Source: an archaeon (GTDB taxonomy: Archaea; Nanobdellota; Nanobdellia; SCGC-AAA011-G17; GW2011-AR17). From it: a DNA stretch of 64,000 nucleotides. Positions within the stretch are counted from its first letter, which is position 1. Every line of letters starts with the position of its first letter. Location of the stretch: the NCBI GenBank assembly GCA_018656555.1, contig JABHZQ010000012.1, positions 28,080 through 92,079 on the forward strand, read 5' to 3'. Below the pieces are notes generated by a model that saw only the letters and a list, made by a program, of their open reading frames with translations, ran no database searches and had not been told where the DNA came from. The position numbers were made by a program, and so were the translations under genes. Positions 27,775 through 37,848 of this stretch are shown piece by piece.

Positions 27775-28089
27775 TTATTGTAACTCCAATTTTTTTGCTC
27801 TTCCTCTATTCAGAATATGGCCCCTGCTACAGACTGAACATCTTAGTACTAGAACATGTTTTTTTGTTTGTTTTGCTCCAGTTCTTTTGAATTTAGATAC
27901 AGCTGGCTTAGAATACTTGTTATAGTTACCAAAACCCCTTCTAAGGCCTCTTAACCTCATTCTAATTTTAGAACCAATGGATTGAGTATGAACAGAACTT
28001 CTTGTTTTTTGTTTTGCTTCTGTTACTGCCATCTCTACGTGTTTTTTACACTTTGTACAGTATCTTTTTATTTTCTTAGGATGTTTCAT
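27775..28089 (-). CDS. Ribosomal protein L44e
   Basis: 'MKHPKKIKRYCTKCKKH…' with a C4 zinc ribbon and a basic composition. Confidence 0.8.
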   Translation of the reverse strand: MKHPKKIKRYCTKCKKHVEMAVTEAKQKTRSSVHTQSIGSKIRMRLRGLRRGFGNYNKYSKPAVSKFKRTGAKQTKKHVLVLRCSVCSRGHILNRGRAKKLELQ

Positions 28090-28693
28090 TTTCAGCTTGT
28101 TTACTTCTTACCAATATACTAGCAATTTTCGGGTCCAAATGTATTGTTTCTCCAACCTCAAAAGGCCCATAATTCTTCATATCTGGACCAACAAACTCGG
28201 GAATGGATTTTACTACCTGAATAGCTATGGTATCGGTTTTATCTGGTGTTTTTAAATCTTTCTGTTCCTGTTTTTGGATAGTTGGGAGCTGATTCTGAAG
28301 TAATTTTATAAGAATATTCCCTTTATAAGTAGAAAAGGTTTTGTTTAACTCAGTATAGAAGGATAGTTCTTCTTGTAGCATCATAGAAGTATCTTGTGCC
28401 ATGTTGCTCCTCGAGGCAAAAAGTGCAGCCTGTATGATTTTGGATTCTCTTTTTTCATAGAGTTCCTTTAGTATTTTCCTCACATTTTTTAATTGAATCT
28501 GAGTTTTTTCCAATTCTTTTGAGGCAAAAATACTATCTTTTTTTGATTGGGAAGCTAAAATTGCCTCTTTTTCATTAAGATACCTTATAACATCTTGATA
28601 AAAAGTATGGTCTAATTTTTGAAGTTCGGTTCTATATTTTTCACTTCTTAAAACTTCATACAAATTTTCATAAGTTATTAAAACTTCAGACAT
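28076..28693 (-). CDS. GINS subunit (Gins51/Gins15-like)
   Basis: N-terminal 'YENLYEVLRSEKYRTELQKLDHTFYQDVIRYLNE' resembles the Gins51 A-domain (…REK.S.ELQPLP.DFY…). Confidence 0.4.
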   Translation of the reverse strand: MSEVLITYENLYEVLRSEKYRTELQKLDHTFYQDVIRYLNEKEAILASQSKKDSIFASKELEKTQIQLKNVRKILKELYEKRESKIIQAALFASRSNMAQDTSMMLQEELSFYTELNKTFSTYKGNILIKLLQNQLPTIQKQEQKDLKTPDKTDTIAIQVVKSIPEFVGPDMKNYGPFEVGETIHLDPKIASILVRSKQAENETS

Positions 28694-28723
28694 AAATACT
28701 AGAATTGAACAGAGCCTTTAAAT

Positions 28724-29962
28724 CTATTTCTGTAATAATTTCATTAGATCTTTTCCTTTTATCCTTCCTAATGATCCAGTTCTACACTCTTGTTCTGTGA
28801 ATCTTTCTGTTTTATCTGCTCCCTTCCCATAGATTAACAAAGGAACTGGGTGATAGGTGTGCCTCTTTCTATCACACGGAGTTGTATGATCACAAGTTAT
28901 TGCTATCTGAGCTTTAAATTTCCTTAATTTAGAGATAAAATCTCTATCAATTATTTCCAACATCTTCACCTTATGTTTAGGGAAGCCATCATGACCTGGA
29001 ATATCTGTTTCCTTTAGGTGTATGTAGAAAGTATCATATTTTTTGAACTGGGTTCTTAGGTATTTTATTGACTTTTTTATTGTTAGATCTAAACCCTCAT
29101 AAAGGTGTTTGTATACATTTTTAGAAGTTATTGGAGGATAATCAAAAGGTAGAACTTTAATACCTGCCAATCTGGCTATTCCTTTTTCTAAGGGGAAAGA
29201 AGTTACTGCTGCCCACTTTTTCTTTTGGGGGAATTTAGGAAGTTTATTTCCTGCGTCTCTTAATAGTATAACATTTGCTGGTTTGTATCCTTTTTTTTCT
29301 TTTTTCTTATTGATTGGATGATTCTTTAATACTTCTCTTGAATTCTCAACAAACTCATTAACTATTGCTGCTGCTCTTCTTGCTTCTTTTTTTAGAGGCA
29401 TGCATCTTTGTACATAATCATTATCTACATCCTGGGCAATACCAAATGCACCAATTCTTTTGTATGCTGGATCAACATTTGTTATTTCATCAGAAAATCT
29501 TCCTTTTAGAACTAAAACCCCCCTATGTTCTATAGTACTTTTGAATATAAACTTACAAGGAAGTTCTACTTTTTCATTAATTTCTTTGGCAAGGGCATGT
29601 GCTTCAGGTGTTGTTAGAGTTCTTCCTGCTCTTCTATCTGTTATTTCATTATCATCATCAGCTGTTGCAAAGTTTGCTCTTAAAGCAAGAAATGGACCCT
29701 TAAGAAGGATATCTGAGCCATGTGCTTCTAGGGGACCTCTACCTGTGAAGTATTTGTAAGGATCATAACCAAGTAGTGCAGTTACTGCTACATCTGATTC
29801 TGGAGCCACTGTGGGATTTACAGGATAGATTAAACCAGTCTTTCCATTTTTTGCAAAATAATCTAGATTGGGAATTTTAGCAGCCTCAAAAGGAGTTTTG
29901 TTTTTTAAGGAAGCTGTGGGTAGATCTGCTGCACCATCAAGAATAACAAAGATTGTTTTCAT
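28724..29962 (-). CDS. apgM: 2,3-bisphosphoglycerate-independent phosphoglycerate mutase, archaeal type (ApgM)
   Basis: 'MKTIFVILDGAADLP' N-terminus; ~412 aa; conserved metal-binding His/Asp positions of the COG3635 family. Confidence 0.8.
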   Translation of the reverse strand: MKTIFVILDGAADLPTASLKNKTPFEAAKIPNLDYFAKNGKTGLIYPVNPTVAPESDVAVTALLGYDPYKYFTGRGPLEAHGSDILLKGPFLALRANFATADDDNEITDRRAGRTLTTPEAHALAKEINEKVELPCKFIFKSTIEHRGVLVLKGRFSDEITNVDPAYKRIGAFGIAQDVDNDYVQRCMPLKKEARRAAAIVNEFVENSREVLKNHPINKKKEKKGYKPANVILLRDAGNKLPKFPQKKKWAAVTSFPLEKGIARLAGIKVLPFDYPPITSKNVYKHLYEGLDLTIKKSIKYLRTQFKKYDTFYIHLKETDIPGHDGFPKHKVKMLEIIDRDFISKLRKFKAQIAITCDHTTPCDRKRHTYHPVPLLIYGKGADKTERFTEQECRTGSLGRIKGKDLMKLLQK

Positions 29963-29999
29963 ATTATTTATAAAGTGGTTGTGATTTTTAAAGTTTTGT

Positions 30000-30854
30000 A
30001 TGAATATTAAAAAAACCCCAGAAGAGTTTATTGTTAAGGAAGAAGCACAATTAGAACTTGGTAGTGGAAAGTATGCTTACTTTCTTTTGGAGAAAAAAAA
30101 TTGGAATACTCTGGATATAATTAGAGATATTGCAAGAAGATTAAATATTAAAGAAAAAGATATTGGTTTTTCAGGTAATAAAGATAAAAGGGCTTGGACT
30201 TTTCAACATATTTCTATTCCAGTTTCTAAAGAAAGAGTTCTTGGTTTAAGGATTAGAGATGTTAGATTAGAATATTTGGGGAATGGAAGTAAAAGAATTA
30301 ATTTGGGAATGTTAAAGGGCAATCATTTTGAGATTGTTGTTAGAGATTGTAAGGGGATTGAAGAAAAAGAGTTTATTATCAATTACTTTGGTGAACAAAG
30401 GTTTGGGGTTGAGAAAAAAAATTGGAAAGTTGGAAAGTATTTGATATTGGGTAAATTTAAGGATGCTTGTGAACTTTTGAATTTAGAAGTTGAAAGGAAT
30501 GACTACCTCGGTGCTTTGAAAAGAGAGGGATTTAGGACTTTAAAATTTTATATTGCATCTTATCAAAGTTATTTATGGAATAAAGTGGTTGATGGAAAGG
30601 GTAAGGTTCCTATCTTGGGCTATTTAACAGAAGGAAAAGTTTATGATAAACTTATGAAAGAAGAGGGGATTAAAAAAACAGATTTTATGATTATGTCTTT
30701 TAGGGAATTAAGTGCTGAAGGGGGAGAAAGAGAGGGAGTTGTAGAGATTCAAGACTTTAAATCTGAGAAGATTGAAGATGGAGTGTATAGAGTTAGTTTT
30801 TTCTTGTCAAAGGGGGCTTATGCCACTGAAGTTTTAAGGCAGATAGTTTTATAA
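30000..30854 (+). CDS. truD: tRNA pseudouridine synthase TruD/Pus7 family (compact form)
   Basis: 'GFSGNKDKRAWTFQHIS' (catalytic Asp motif), 'INYFGEQRFG', and C-terminal 'GAYATEVLRQI'. Confidence 0.65.
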   Translation: MNIKKTPEEFIVKEEAQLELGSGKYAYFLLEKKNWNTLDIIRDIARRLNIKEKDIGFSGNKDKRAWTFQHISIPVSKERVLGLRIRDVRLEYLGNGSKRINLGMLKGNHFEIVVRDCKGIEEKEFIINYFGEQRFGVEKKNWKVGKYLILGKFKDACELLNLEVERNDYLGALKREGFRTLKFYIASYQSYLWNKVVDGKGKVPILGYLTEGKVYDKLMKEEGIKKTDFMIMSFRELSAEGGEREGVVEIQDFKSEKIEDGVYRVSFFLSKGAYATEVLRQIVL

Positions 30855-30871
30855 ATAAATTTACTATTTTC

Positions 30872-32026
30872 TTGAATATGTTTAAGTTTTTAAAGAAGAA
30901 GTTATCAGATGCTGTTGGAGTCTTTAAGAAAGGTGTGGAGGAGAAGGGTGAAGAGGTTGAGGCTCCAAAAGTAGAGAAACCAAAGAAAGAGAAAAGAGTA
31001 GTTGAGAAACCAAAGAAAAAAGAAGTGAAGAAAAAAGAGGTAGTGAAAGAGGAACTAAAAGAAGAAGTAAAGGAAGTTAAAGAAGAGCCTAAGGAAGAAG
31101 AGGAGAAGGTTGAAGAAGAAAAACCAGTTGTAAAAGAAGAACCTAAGGAAAAGAAAGGATTTTTTGGTAAAATAAAAGAAAAGGTAACTACAAAAAAAAT
31201 TAATGAAAATCAATTTGATGAATTATTCTGGGAATTGGAGGTTGCTTTATTAGAAAATAATGTTGCTTTTGAAGTTATTGAGAAGATTAAAGAAGATTTG
31301 AAAGTTGAATTAGTTAATACTCCTTTGCAAAGAAGGAAAATAGAGACTATTATTCTTGATACTTTGAAGAAAAGTGTTGATGAAGTTTTAGAGTATGAAG
31401 ATTTTGATTTGGTAACAGAATCTAAGAAGAAGAAACCGTATGTTATTGTTTTTATTGGTGTTAATGGTTCAGGTAAAACTACTTCTATTTCTAAAATTGG
31501 TCATTTGTTGCAAGAAAAAGGCATGAGTATTGTTTTAGCTGCTGCAGATACTTTTAGGGCAGCTTCTATTCAACAATTAGAAGAACAGGGTAAAAAATTG
31601 GGTGCTAAAGTAATAAAGCATGATTATGGTAGTGATCCAGCTGCTGTAGGATTTGATGCTGTTAAGTATGCAAAACAAAAGGATATTGATGTTGTTTTAA
31701 TTGATACTGCTGGAAGGCAACATAGTAATATTAATCTAAGAGATGAGATGAAAAAGATAATTAGGGTTGTAAATCCTGATTTAAAATTATATATTGGTGA
31801 AATGATTTCTGGTAATGATTGTATTGAACAGATTAAAGAGTTTGATAAAGCTATTGATATTGATGGTGTTATTTTATCTAAGGCAGATGTTGATGAAAAG
31901 GGTGGAACTGCTATTTCTGTTTCTTATGTAACTGGTAAACCAATCTTGTTTATTGGGGTTGGTCAAGAGTTGCAAGACTTAGAAAAGTTTTCTAAAGACA
32001 AAATATTAAAAAATTTAGGTTTTTAG
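30872..32026 (+). CDS. ftsY: Signal recognition particle receptor FtsY with a K/E-rich N-terminal low-complexity region
   Basis: NG domain 'FIGVNGSGKTTSISK', 'DTAGRQH', 'LSKADVDEKGG'. Confidence 0.85.
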   Translation: MNMFKFLKKKLSDAVGVFKKGVEEKGEEVEAPKVEKPKKEKRVVEKPKKKEVKKKEVVKEELKEEVKEVKEEPKEEEEKVEEEKPVVKEEPKEKKGFFGKIKEKVTTKKINENQFDELFWELEVALLENNVAFEVIEKIKEDLKVELVNTPLQRRKIETIILDTLKKSVDEVLEYEDFDLVTESKKKKPYVIVFIGVNGSGKTTSISKIGHLLQEKGMSIVLAAADTFRAASIQQLEEQGKKLGAKVIKHDYGSDPAAVGFDAVKYAKQKDIDVVLIDTAGRQHSNINLRDEMKKIIRVVNPDLKLYIGEMISGNDCIEQIKEFDKAIDIDGVILSKADVDEKGGTAISVSYVTGKPILFIGVGQELQDLEKFSKDKILKNLGF

Positions 32027-32084
32027 AAAAAACTTATAAATAAAAAGGATATATTAAACTATATAAAATTCGGAGGAATGTTCA

Positions 32085-32747
32085 ATGGTTAAAAAAGTAA
32101 AATCTGGAATGGACTTTAAATCTGCTATGAAAAGACCGTTTCAAGATACAACAAAACTCATAATTGGGTGTGCTCTTAATATTGTACCGATTGTTAATTT
32201 CTTAGCAACAGGTTATGTTCTTAAGAGTGGTAAATTGACACTAAATAAAAAAAATGATTTACCTGAATGGACTGACTGGGGTAATCTATTTATCATGGGC
32301 TTACTTGCAGCTGTAATTGGTCTTATCTGGATGATTCCGGCAATTGTTGTTGCTGTTATCGGTGGTGGAGCTGCAATTGCTTCGTTAGTAACTGCTGGTG
32401 CTACTGGTGCAACAGGATTAGGTGTTGGTGGTTTAGCTGGCGCAGGAGTACTATTAGTTATAGCCGCATTATTAGCATTGATCGCTGCTTACTTTGCTCC
32501 ATTAGCAGTTCTAGGTTATGTAGACAAAGGTAACTTTGGTGATGGATTTGATTTTTCAACAATCTTTAAGAAAGCCTTCACTGGTGACTATGCTATTGCT
32601 TGGTTGCTAACTGGTGTTGTTGCAATTGTTTTAGGAACTGTTGCAGGAATTATTCCATATGTGAACTTTATCTTAAGTCCAGCAGCTAGTTTCATCTCAA
32701 TGATGATTGGGATAACATTAATTGGTTCTGTTTATAGGAACCTTTAA
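32085..32747 (+). CDS. Gly/Ala-rich polytopic membrane protein (DUF4013-like)
   Basis: Four TM helices with a Gly/Ala-rich central region. Confidence 0.4.
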   Translation: MVKKVKSGMDFKSAMKRPFQDTTKLIIGCALNIVPIVNFLATGYVLKSGKLTLNKKNDLPEWTDWGNLFIMGLLAAVIGLIWMIPAIVVAVIGGGAAIASLVTAGATGATGLGVGGLAGAGVLLVIAALLALIAAYFAPLAVLGYVDKGNFGDGFDFSTIFKKAFTGDYAIAWLLTGVVAIVLGTVAGIIPYVNFILSPAASFISMMIGITLIGSVYRNL

Positions 32748-32771
32748 TTTTTTTATTTTAGGAGGTAAAAA

Positions 32772-32987
32772 ATGGCTGAAAAAAAATGGATTGTAACTTT
32801 ATTGCTTTCTATATTTTTAGGTACTTTAGGTGTGGATAGATTCTATATGGGTATGATTGGTACTGGAATCTTGAAATTGCTAGTAACCATTGTAACTATG
32901 GGTATTGGTGGAATGATTTGGTGGATTGTAGATATAATCCTAATTGCGACAAAGCACCAGTTTAAAGATATAGAATGGGTTGAATAA
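32772..32987 (+). CDS. TM2-domain small membrane protein
   Basis: 'WIVTLLLSIFLGTLGVDRFYMGMIGTGILKLLV' matches the TM2 domain pattern. Confidence 0.5.
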   Translation: MAEKKWIVTLLLSIFLGTLGVDRFYMGMIGTGILKLLVTIVTMGIGGMIWWIVDIILIATKHQFKDIEWVE

Positions 32988-33058
32988 ACCTTTTTTCTTT
33001 CTTTTTTAATTTATAAAAACCTTTTTAAATGGCCTTTTTATTCTAATTCTAAGGGAAA

Positions 33059-34405
33059 ATGGTATTAGAGAAGTTAGGTGGATCCTTGAAAAATACGCTG
33101 AGTAAGATAGCTAAATCTATGTTTGTAGATGAAAGACTGATAAATGAATTAGTCAAAGACATTCAAAGAGCTTTGTTACAGGCAGATGTTAATGTTAAGT
33201 TGGTGTTTGAACTTACAAAGCAGATTAAAGAAAGAGCACTAAATGAAAAGGCCCCTTCTGGAGTTACTCAAAAGGAATATCTGGTAAAGATAGTTTATGA
33301 AGAACTTGTAAAGTTCTTGGGTGGGGAGAAAAATGAAATTGAGGTTAATAAGAAGCCTTTCAAAATAATGATGGTAGGTTTGTTTGGTTCTGGTAAAACT
33401 ACTACTATTTCTAAACTGATAAAATATTATGCTAATAGGGGGCATAAAGTTTGTACTGTTGGTCTAGATGTTCACAGGCCAGCTGCACCAGAACAGTTGA
33501 AACAATTGTCCGATAGCTTAAATGTTCCTTGTTTTATTAAAAAAGGAGAGAAAGATGCCTTAAAAATCTATAAAGAGTTTGAAAAAGAACTAGAAAAATT
33601 TGATATGATTCTTGTTGATACTGCAGGGAGAGATGCACTTTCTGAGGATTTGGTTGAAGAGATTAAAGATTTGAATAATTATATTAAACCGGATGAGAAG
33701 TTGTTGGTTCTTTCTGCTGATATTGGTCAAGCTGCACAGAAACAAGCCCAGAGTTTCCATGATTCTTGTGGTGTTACGGGTGTTGTAGTTACTAAATTAG
33801 ATGGTACGGCTAAGGGTGGAGGTGCTTTAAGTGCTTGTGCAGTTACTGGGGCCCCAGTTAAGTTCATAGGTATTGGTGAAAAGCCAGAGGATTTAGAAAT
33901 ATTTAATCCCAAAGGATTTGTTGGAAGAATATTGGGGATGGGAGATATTGAAGCATTATTAGATAAGGCTAAAGAAGCAATGGATATGGAGAGTGCTGAA
34001 GATCTGGGTAAGAAATTATTGAAAGGAGATTTTAATTTTCTTGACCTTTATGAACAGATGCAAGCCATGAGTAAGATGGGGCCTTTATCTAAGGTAGTTG
34101 ATATGATTCCAGGACTGGGTGGAGCAAATATTCCTAAAGACATGTTGGATGGTCAAGAAGGAAAGTTAAAGAAATGGAAAATTATTATGCAGTCTTGTAC
34201 TAAAGAGGAACTAGAAGATCCAAGTCTATTAAGTAGAACAAGGATTGATAGGATTGCTAAAGGTGCAGGAGTTAAGGTTTCTGAAGTTAGAGAATTGTTG
34301 AAACAGTATAAGAAGAGTAAGAAACTGATGAAAATGATGAAGGGTAGTGATGATCCAAATAAATTAATGAAAAAATTAAAAGGTAAAGTTCCTAAGGGGT
34401 TTTAG
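33059..34405 (+). CDS. srp54: Signal recognition particle protein SRP54
   Basis: 'MVGLFGSGKTTT', 'DTAGR', 'TKLDGTAKGG', plus a Met-rich M-domain. Confidence 0.9.
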   Translation: MVLEKLGGSLKNTLSKIAKSMFVDERLINELVKDIQRALLQADVNVKLVFELTKQIKERALNEKAPSGVTQKEYLVKIVYEELVKFLGGEKNEIEVNKKPFKIMMVGLFGSGKTTTISKLIKYYANRGHKVCTVGLDVHRPAAPEQLKQLSDSLNVPCFIKKGEKDALKIYKEFEKELEKFDMILVDTAGRDALSEDLVEEIKDLNNYIKPDEKLLVLSADIGQAAQKQAQSFHDSCGVTGVVVTKLDGTAKGGGALSACAVTGAPVKFIGIGEKPEDLEIFNPKGFVGRILGMGDIEALLDKAKEAMDMESAEDLGKKLLKGDFNFLDLYEQMQAMSKMGPLSKVVDMIPGLGGANIPKDMLDGQEGKLKKWKIIMQSCTKEELEDPSLLSRTRIDRIAKGAGVKVSEVRELLKQYKKSKKLMKMMKGSDDPNKLMKKLKGKVPKGF

Positions 34406-34408
34406 ATT

Positions 34409-35017
34409 ATGAAATTACTAGAACATGGTGCTGAAGCCAAGATTTTCTTTAAAGATGGTACGGTAATAAAAGAGAGAATAAAAAAAGAATATAGGCATGA
34501 AGCTATTGATAGTTTTATTAGGAAGAAAACAACAAGAAGTGAAGCTAAATTATTACAAAAGGCTTCCAAACTAATTCCAGTTCCAGATGTAATTGATTCC
34601 TGCGACAAAGAGATGATAATCAAAATGGAATTTATTGAAGGGAAGAAATTGAGAGATATTGTTGATGGTATGAATGAGAAAGAGAGGAAGAAGATATTTG
34701 AAAGAGTTGGGAAAAAGATTGCAAAACTTCATAATGAACATATTATCCATGGAGATCTAACTACCTCAAATTTAATATTAAAAGATAAAGTTTATTTTAT
34801 TGACTTTGGATTAGGGTTTATTTCTACTAAAATTGAAGATAAAGCAGTTGATCTTCATTTGATTAAAAAAGCATTAGATAGTAAACATTACAAACACTCT
34901 AAGGAAAGTTTTGATGCTATTTTGAAGGGTTATAGGAAACAGAGTAAGGAATTTGATAGTATTTGGAAGAGGTTTGAGAAGGTTTGTTCTAGGGGTAGAT
35001 ATAAACAAAAACAATAA
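34409..35017 (+). CDS. Bud32/PRPK-type atypical protein kinase (KEOPS complex)
   Basis: 'LEHGAEAKIF', 'IIHGDLTTSNLIL' catalytic loop, 'YFIDFGLG'. Confidence 0.6.
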   Translation: MKLLEHGAEAKIFFKDGTVIKERIKKEYRHEAIDSFIRKKTTRSEAKLLQKASKLIPVPDVIDSCDKEMIIKMEFIEGKKLRDIVDGMNEKERKKIFERVGKKIAKLHNEHIIHGDLTTSNLILKDKVYFIDFGLGFISTKIEDKAVDLHLIKKALDSKHYKHSKESFDAILKGYRKQSKEFDSIWKRFEKVCSRGRYKQKQ

Positions 35018-35038
35018 ATTTTTTAAATCAAGCTAATT

Positions 35039-35881
35039 TTGTCCATTTCTATGGAATTACTGCAGTTTTATGGGGCAAGTGAAGGTTTTTTAAGAGGAGT
35101 TATAAGAGATACTTTTCTTGATCATGTATGGGTTAATGCTTATTTAGAAGAGAAAACTCATGGATTTCTACATGGAGATAGGGTGAGAAAAGGTAGTAAA
35201 AAACTTCTGGGTAAATTAACTGATGACGAAAGACAAAAATTGACCCTTGAAGGTGAAGAGTTTGATGGTGCTAGTCCATTTACTAGTGCTTGTGCAGTTG
35301 TTGAAATATGTTCTTTATTACATGATGGAGGTAGATTTGATGAAAGAGGTGAACAAACTGAAGAAAGTAATAAGATGCATCATATTATTGGTGCAGATAG
35401 GGCGGTTGAATTTTGTAAAAGTCTAGGATTAGATGCAATTATTCCTTATGTAGATAATACTATTTTATGTCATGATTTCCAAAGTCCCACAGATACTCCC
35501 TCTTTAGATTCTCCAAGTTATATGATTGGTAGTGTAGTCCAATCTTCTGATCAAATGGGGTGGATGCATCCAGGATCTGTAGAAAGAACTGTACAATATA
35601 GTTTGGTTGTTAATAGACCCATTTTTGATCCCACTGTACTTATAGAGGATAGAATTGGATGGCAACCTTTTGTGGGGGATGCTTTAGATGCCCTTACAGT
35701 TTTATTAAAACAGCTATATGGTAATACTGGTCCAGATAGATTTGGTGTGGAAGCTGCAAGAACAAAAGTTGAGAGATATAAACCACAAATAAGAGCAGGT
35801 ATTGTTGCCTTATCAGATAGGGAAGGTTTTAGACAAGAATTGGATGAGATTATGCAAGTCTATGATAATTTATCTGTATAG
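35039..35881 (+). CDS. Putative HD-domain phosphohydrolase; amino-acid and nucleotide composition differ from the neighbours
   Basis: 'THGFLHGDRV', 'SLLHDGGRFDE', 'KMHHIIGADRA' and 'CHD' approximate an H…HD…H…H…D arrangement. Local GC is ~40% against ~32% for neighbours; the protein is poor in Lys and rich in Gly/Arg/Asp/Gln. Confidence 0.35.
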   Translation: MSISMELLQFYGASEGFLRGVIRDTFLDHVWVNAYLEEKTHGFLHGDRVRKGSKKLLGKLTDDERQKLTLEGEEFDGASPFTSACAVVEICSLLHDGGRFDERGEQTEESNKMHHIIGADRAVEFCKSLGLDAIIPYVDNTILCHDFQSPTDTPSLDSPSYMIGSVVQSSDQMGWMHPGSVERTVQYSLVVNRPIFDPTVLIEDRIGWQPFVGDALDALTVLLKQLYGNTGPDRFGVEAARTKVERYKPQIRAGIVALSDREGFRQELDEIMQVYDNLSV

Positions 35882-35927
35882 TAAGTTTTTTATAAATTCA
35901 AAACAAATTATTTCTTGGTGAAACTAA

Positions 35928-36179
35928 ATGGATGAAAAGGAAATAGGTGTTGTAACTCACTTCTTTGCAAACCTTGGGGTGGGAGTTATAAAATTGTCTG
36001 GAAACTTAAAAATTGGAGATAAAATTCATATTGTGGGGGAAACAACTAATTTTGAACAAACTCTTGAATCTATGCAAGTAGATAAAAAGTATATTGAAGT
36101 AGCTAAACCTAGCGACGATATTGGAGTTAAATTTAAAGAAAGAGTTAGAGCTAATGATAAAGTTTACTTAGTAGAGTAA
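35928..36179 (+). CDS. Small beta-barrel protein (EF-Tu domain-2-like / TRAM-like), function unknown
   Basis: 'IGVVTHFFANLGVGVIKLSGNLKIGDKIHIVGETTNFEQTLESMQVD…' is an alternating hydrophobic pattern typical of a small barrel. Confidence 0.3.
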   Translation: MDEKEIGVVTHFFANLGVGVIKLSGNLKIGDKIHIVGETTNFEQTLESMQVDKKYIEVAKPSDDIGVKFKERVRANDKVYLVE

Positions 36180-36246
36180 GATTATTTTTTATTTTAGAAA
36201 AGTTTATTAACTAATTAATTTTGATTGTTCTCATTGGTGAAAAAAC

Positions 36247-37848
36247 TTGGTTCAAACTAAATTAACTGATGTAAAAAAAGGTAAAGTAAAAGCAGAAGAA
36301 CTTGCAACAAAGCAAAGAGAGATCTCAATTTCTGAATTTTTTACTAAAAATCGGCACTTATTGGGGTTTGACAATCCAAGAAAAGCATTAATTACTTCTG
36401 TAAAAGAGGCTGTTGACAATTCATTAGATGCTTGTGAAGAAATTGGTGTTCTTCCTGAATTATATGTTGAAATAAAACAAACTACAGAAACAAGATATGT
36501 TATGATTATTGAAGATAATGGTCCTGGAATTGTAAAAGAACAAATTCCCAAAATATTTACAAAGTTACTTTATGGTTCAAAATTCTTTAAACTATCCCAA
36601 TCAAGAGGACAACAAGGTATTGGAATTAGTGCTGCTGGTTTGTATGGTCAATTAACAACTGGGAAGCCAGTGAAGATTGTTTCTAAAACAAGTAAGAAAG
36701 GGAAAGCCCATTATTATGAACTATTACTTAACACAAAAACAAATGAACCAGAGATTGTAAAAGAGGCTGTTGAAGAGTGGGAAAAAGATCATGGTACAAG
36801 GATTGAGATTGAGATGGAAGGTAAGTACCATAAAGGGAAGTTGAGTGTTGATGAATATTTACAACTAACAGCAATTTCAAATCCCCATGCTACTATTATT
36901 TACAAATCCCCTATTCAGGATAAACCCATAGAATTTCCAAGAGTTATAAATGAAAGTCCAAAACAAGCTAAAGAAATTAAACCTCATCCATATGGTATTG
37001 AGTTAGGTATTTTAATTAAAATGCTTAAAGATACTAAACAAAAAACATTACAAGGTTTTTTGAAACATGATTTTTGTAGAGTTTCTTCAAAAGTTGCTAA
37101 AGAAATTTCTGATAAGGCAGGTTTGTATGAAAAAGCTAGACCTTCTAGAATTGCAAGACAAGAAGCAGATAATTTATTTCAAGCTATACAAAAAACAAGA
37201 ATAATGACTCCACCAACAGATTGTATTTCTCCAATTGGTGAAGAACAAATGATTAAAGGAATGAAAAAAGAGATTGATGCCGAGTTTTATGCTGCAGTTA
37301 CAAGGAAGCCTAGTGTTTATAGAGGAAATCCATTTGTTATTGAAGCTGCGGTTGCCTATGGTGGAACTTTACCTGGAGATGAGCTAGTTAAGGTGATTAG
37401 ATTTGCTAATCGGGTTCCTCTACAACATCAAGCTGGTGCTTGTGCTATTACTAAATCTACAATGCAAACAGCATGGAGATCTTATGGATTATCTCAATCA
37501 AGAGGTGCTTTGCCTTCTGGTCCGGCAATTATTATGATCCATATGGCAAGTGTTTGGGTTCCATTTACATCAGAATCAAAAGAGGCAATTGCTTCTTATC
37601 CAGAGATTATTAAAGAAGTTAAATCCGCATTACAAGAATGTGGAAGGAAATTAGCAAGCCATGTTAGAAAGATAAAAAAGGTTGAACATGAAAAGAAAAG
37701 AAAGAAAATATTTGAACTTTATATTCAAGAAGTTATTCATTCATTAAATAAAATTGATAAGATAGATAAAGAAAAATTAAAGAAAAAATTAGAAAATATA
37801 GCTGAAGAGAGGACAGTTGGAGAAAATGGTAAACAGAAAAAAGGATGA
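36247..37848 (+). CDS. top6B: DNA topoisomerase VI subunit B
   Basis: GHKL/Bergerat ATPase motifs 'EAVDNSLDA' and 'IIEDNGPGI', then a transducer domain; 533 aa. Confidence 0.85.
   Translation: MVQTKLTDVKKGKVKAEELATKQREISISEFFTKNRHLLGFDNPRKALITSVKEAVDNSLDACEEIGVLPELYVEIKQTTETRYVMIIEDNGPGIVKEQIPKIFTKLLYGSKFFKLSQSRGQQGIGISAAGLYGQLTTGKPVKIVSKTSKKGKAHYYELLLNTKTNEPEIVKEAVEEWEKDHGTRIEIEMEGKYHKGKLSVDEYLQLTAISNPHATIIYKSPIQDKPIEFPRVINESPKQAKEIKPHPYGIELGILIKMLKDTKQKTLQGFLKHDFCRVSSKVAKEISDKAGLYEKARPSRIARQEADNLFQAIQKTRIMTPPTDCISPIGEEQMIKGMKKEIDAEFYAAVTRKPSVYRGNPFVIEAAVAYGGTLPGDELVKVIRFANRVPLQHQAGACAITKSTMQTAWRSYGLSQSRGALPSGPAIIMIHMASVWVPFTSESKEAIASYPEIIKEVKSALQECGRKLASHVRKIKKVEHEKKRKKIFELYIQEVIHSLNKIDKIDKEKLKKKLENIAEERTVGENGKQKKG

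Noticed and set aside
30940-31160. K/E-rich repetitive DNA in the FtsY 5' region as an independent repeat element
   Set aside because: It is in frame with, and part of, the FtsY N-terminal acidic/basic domain common to FtsY proteins. It is low-complexity coding sequence, not a mobile or regulatory repeat.
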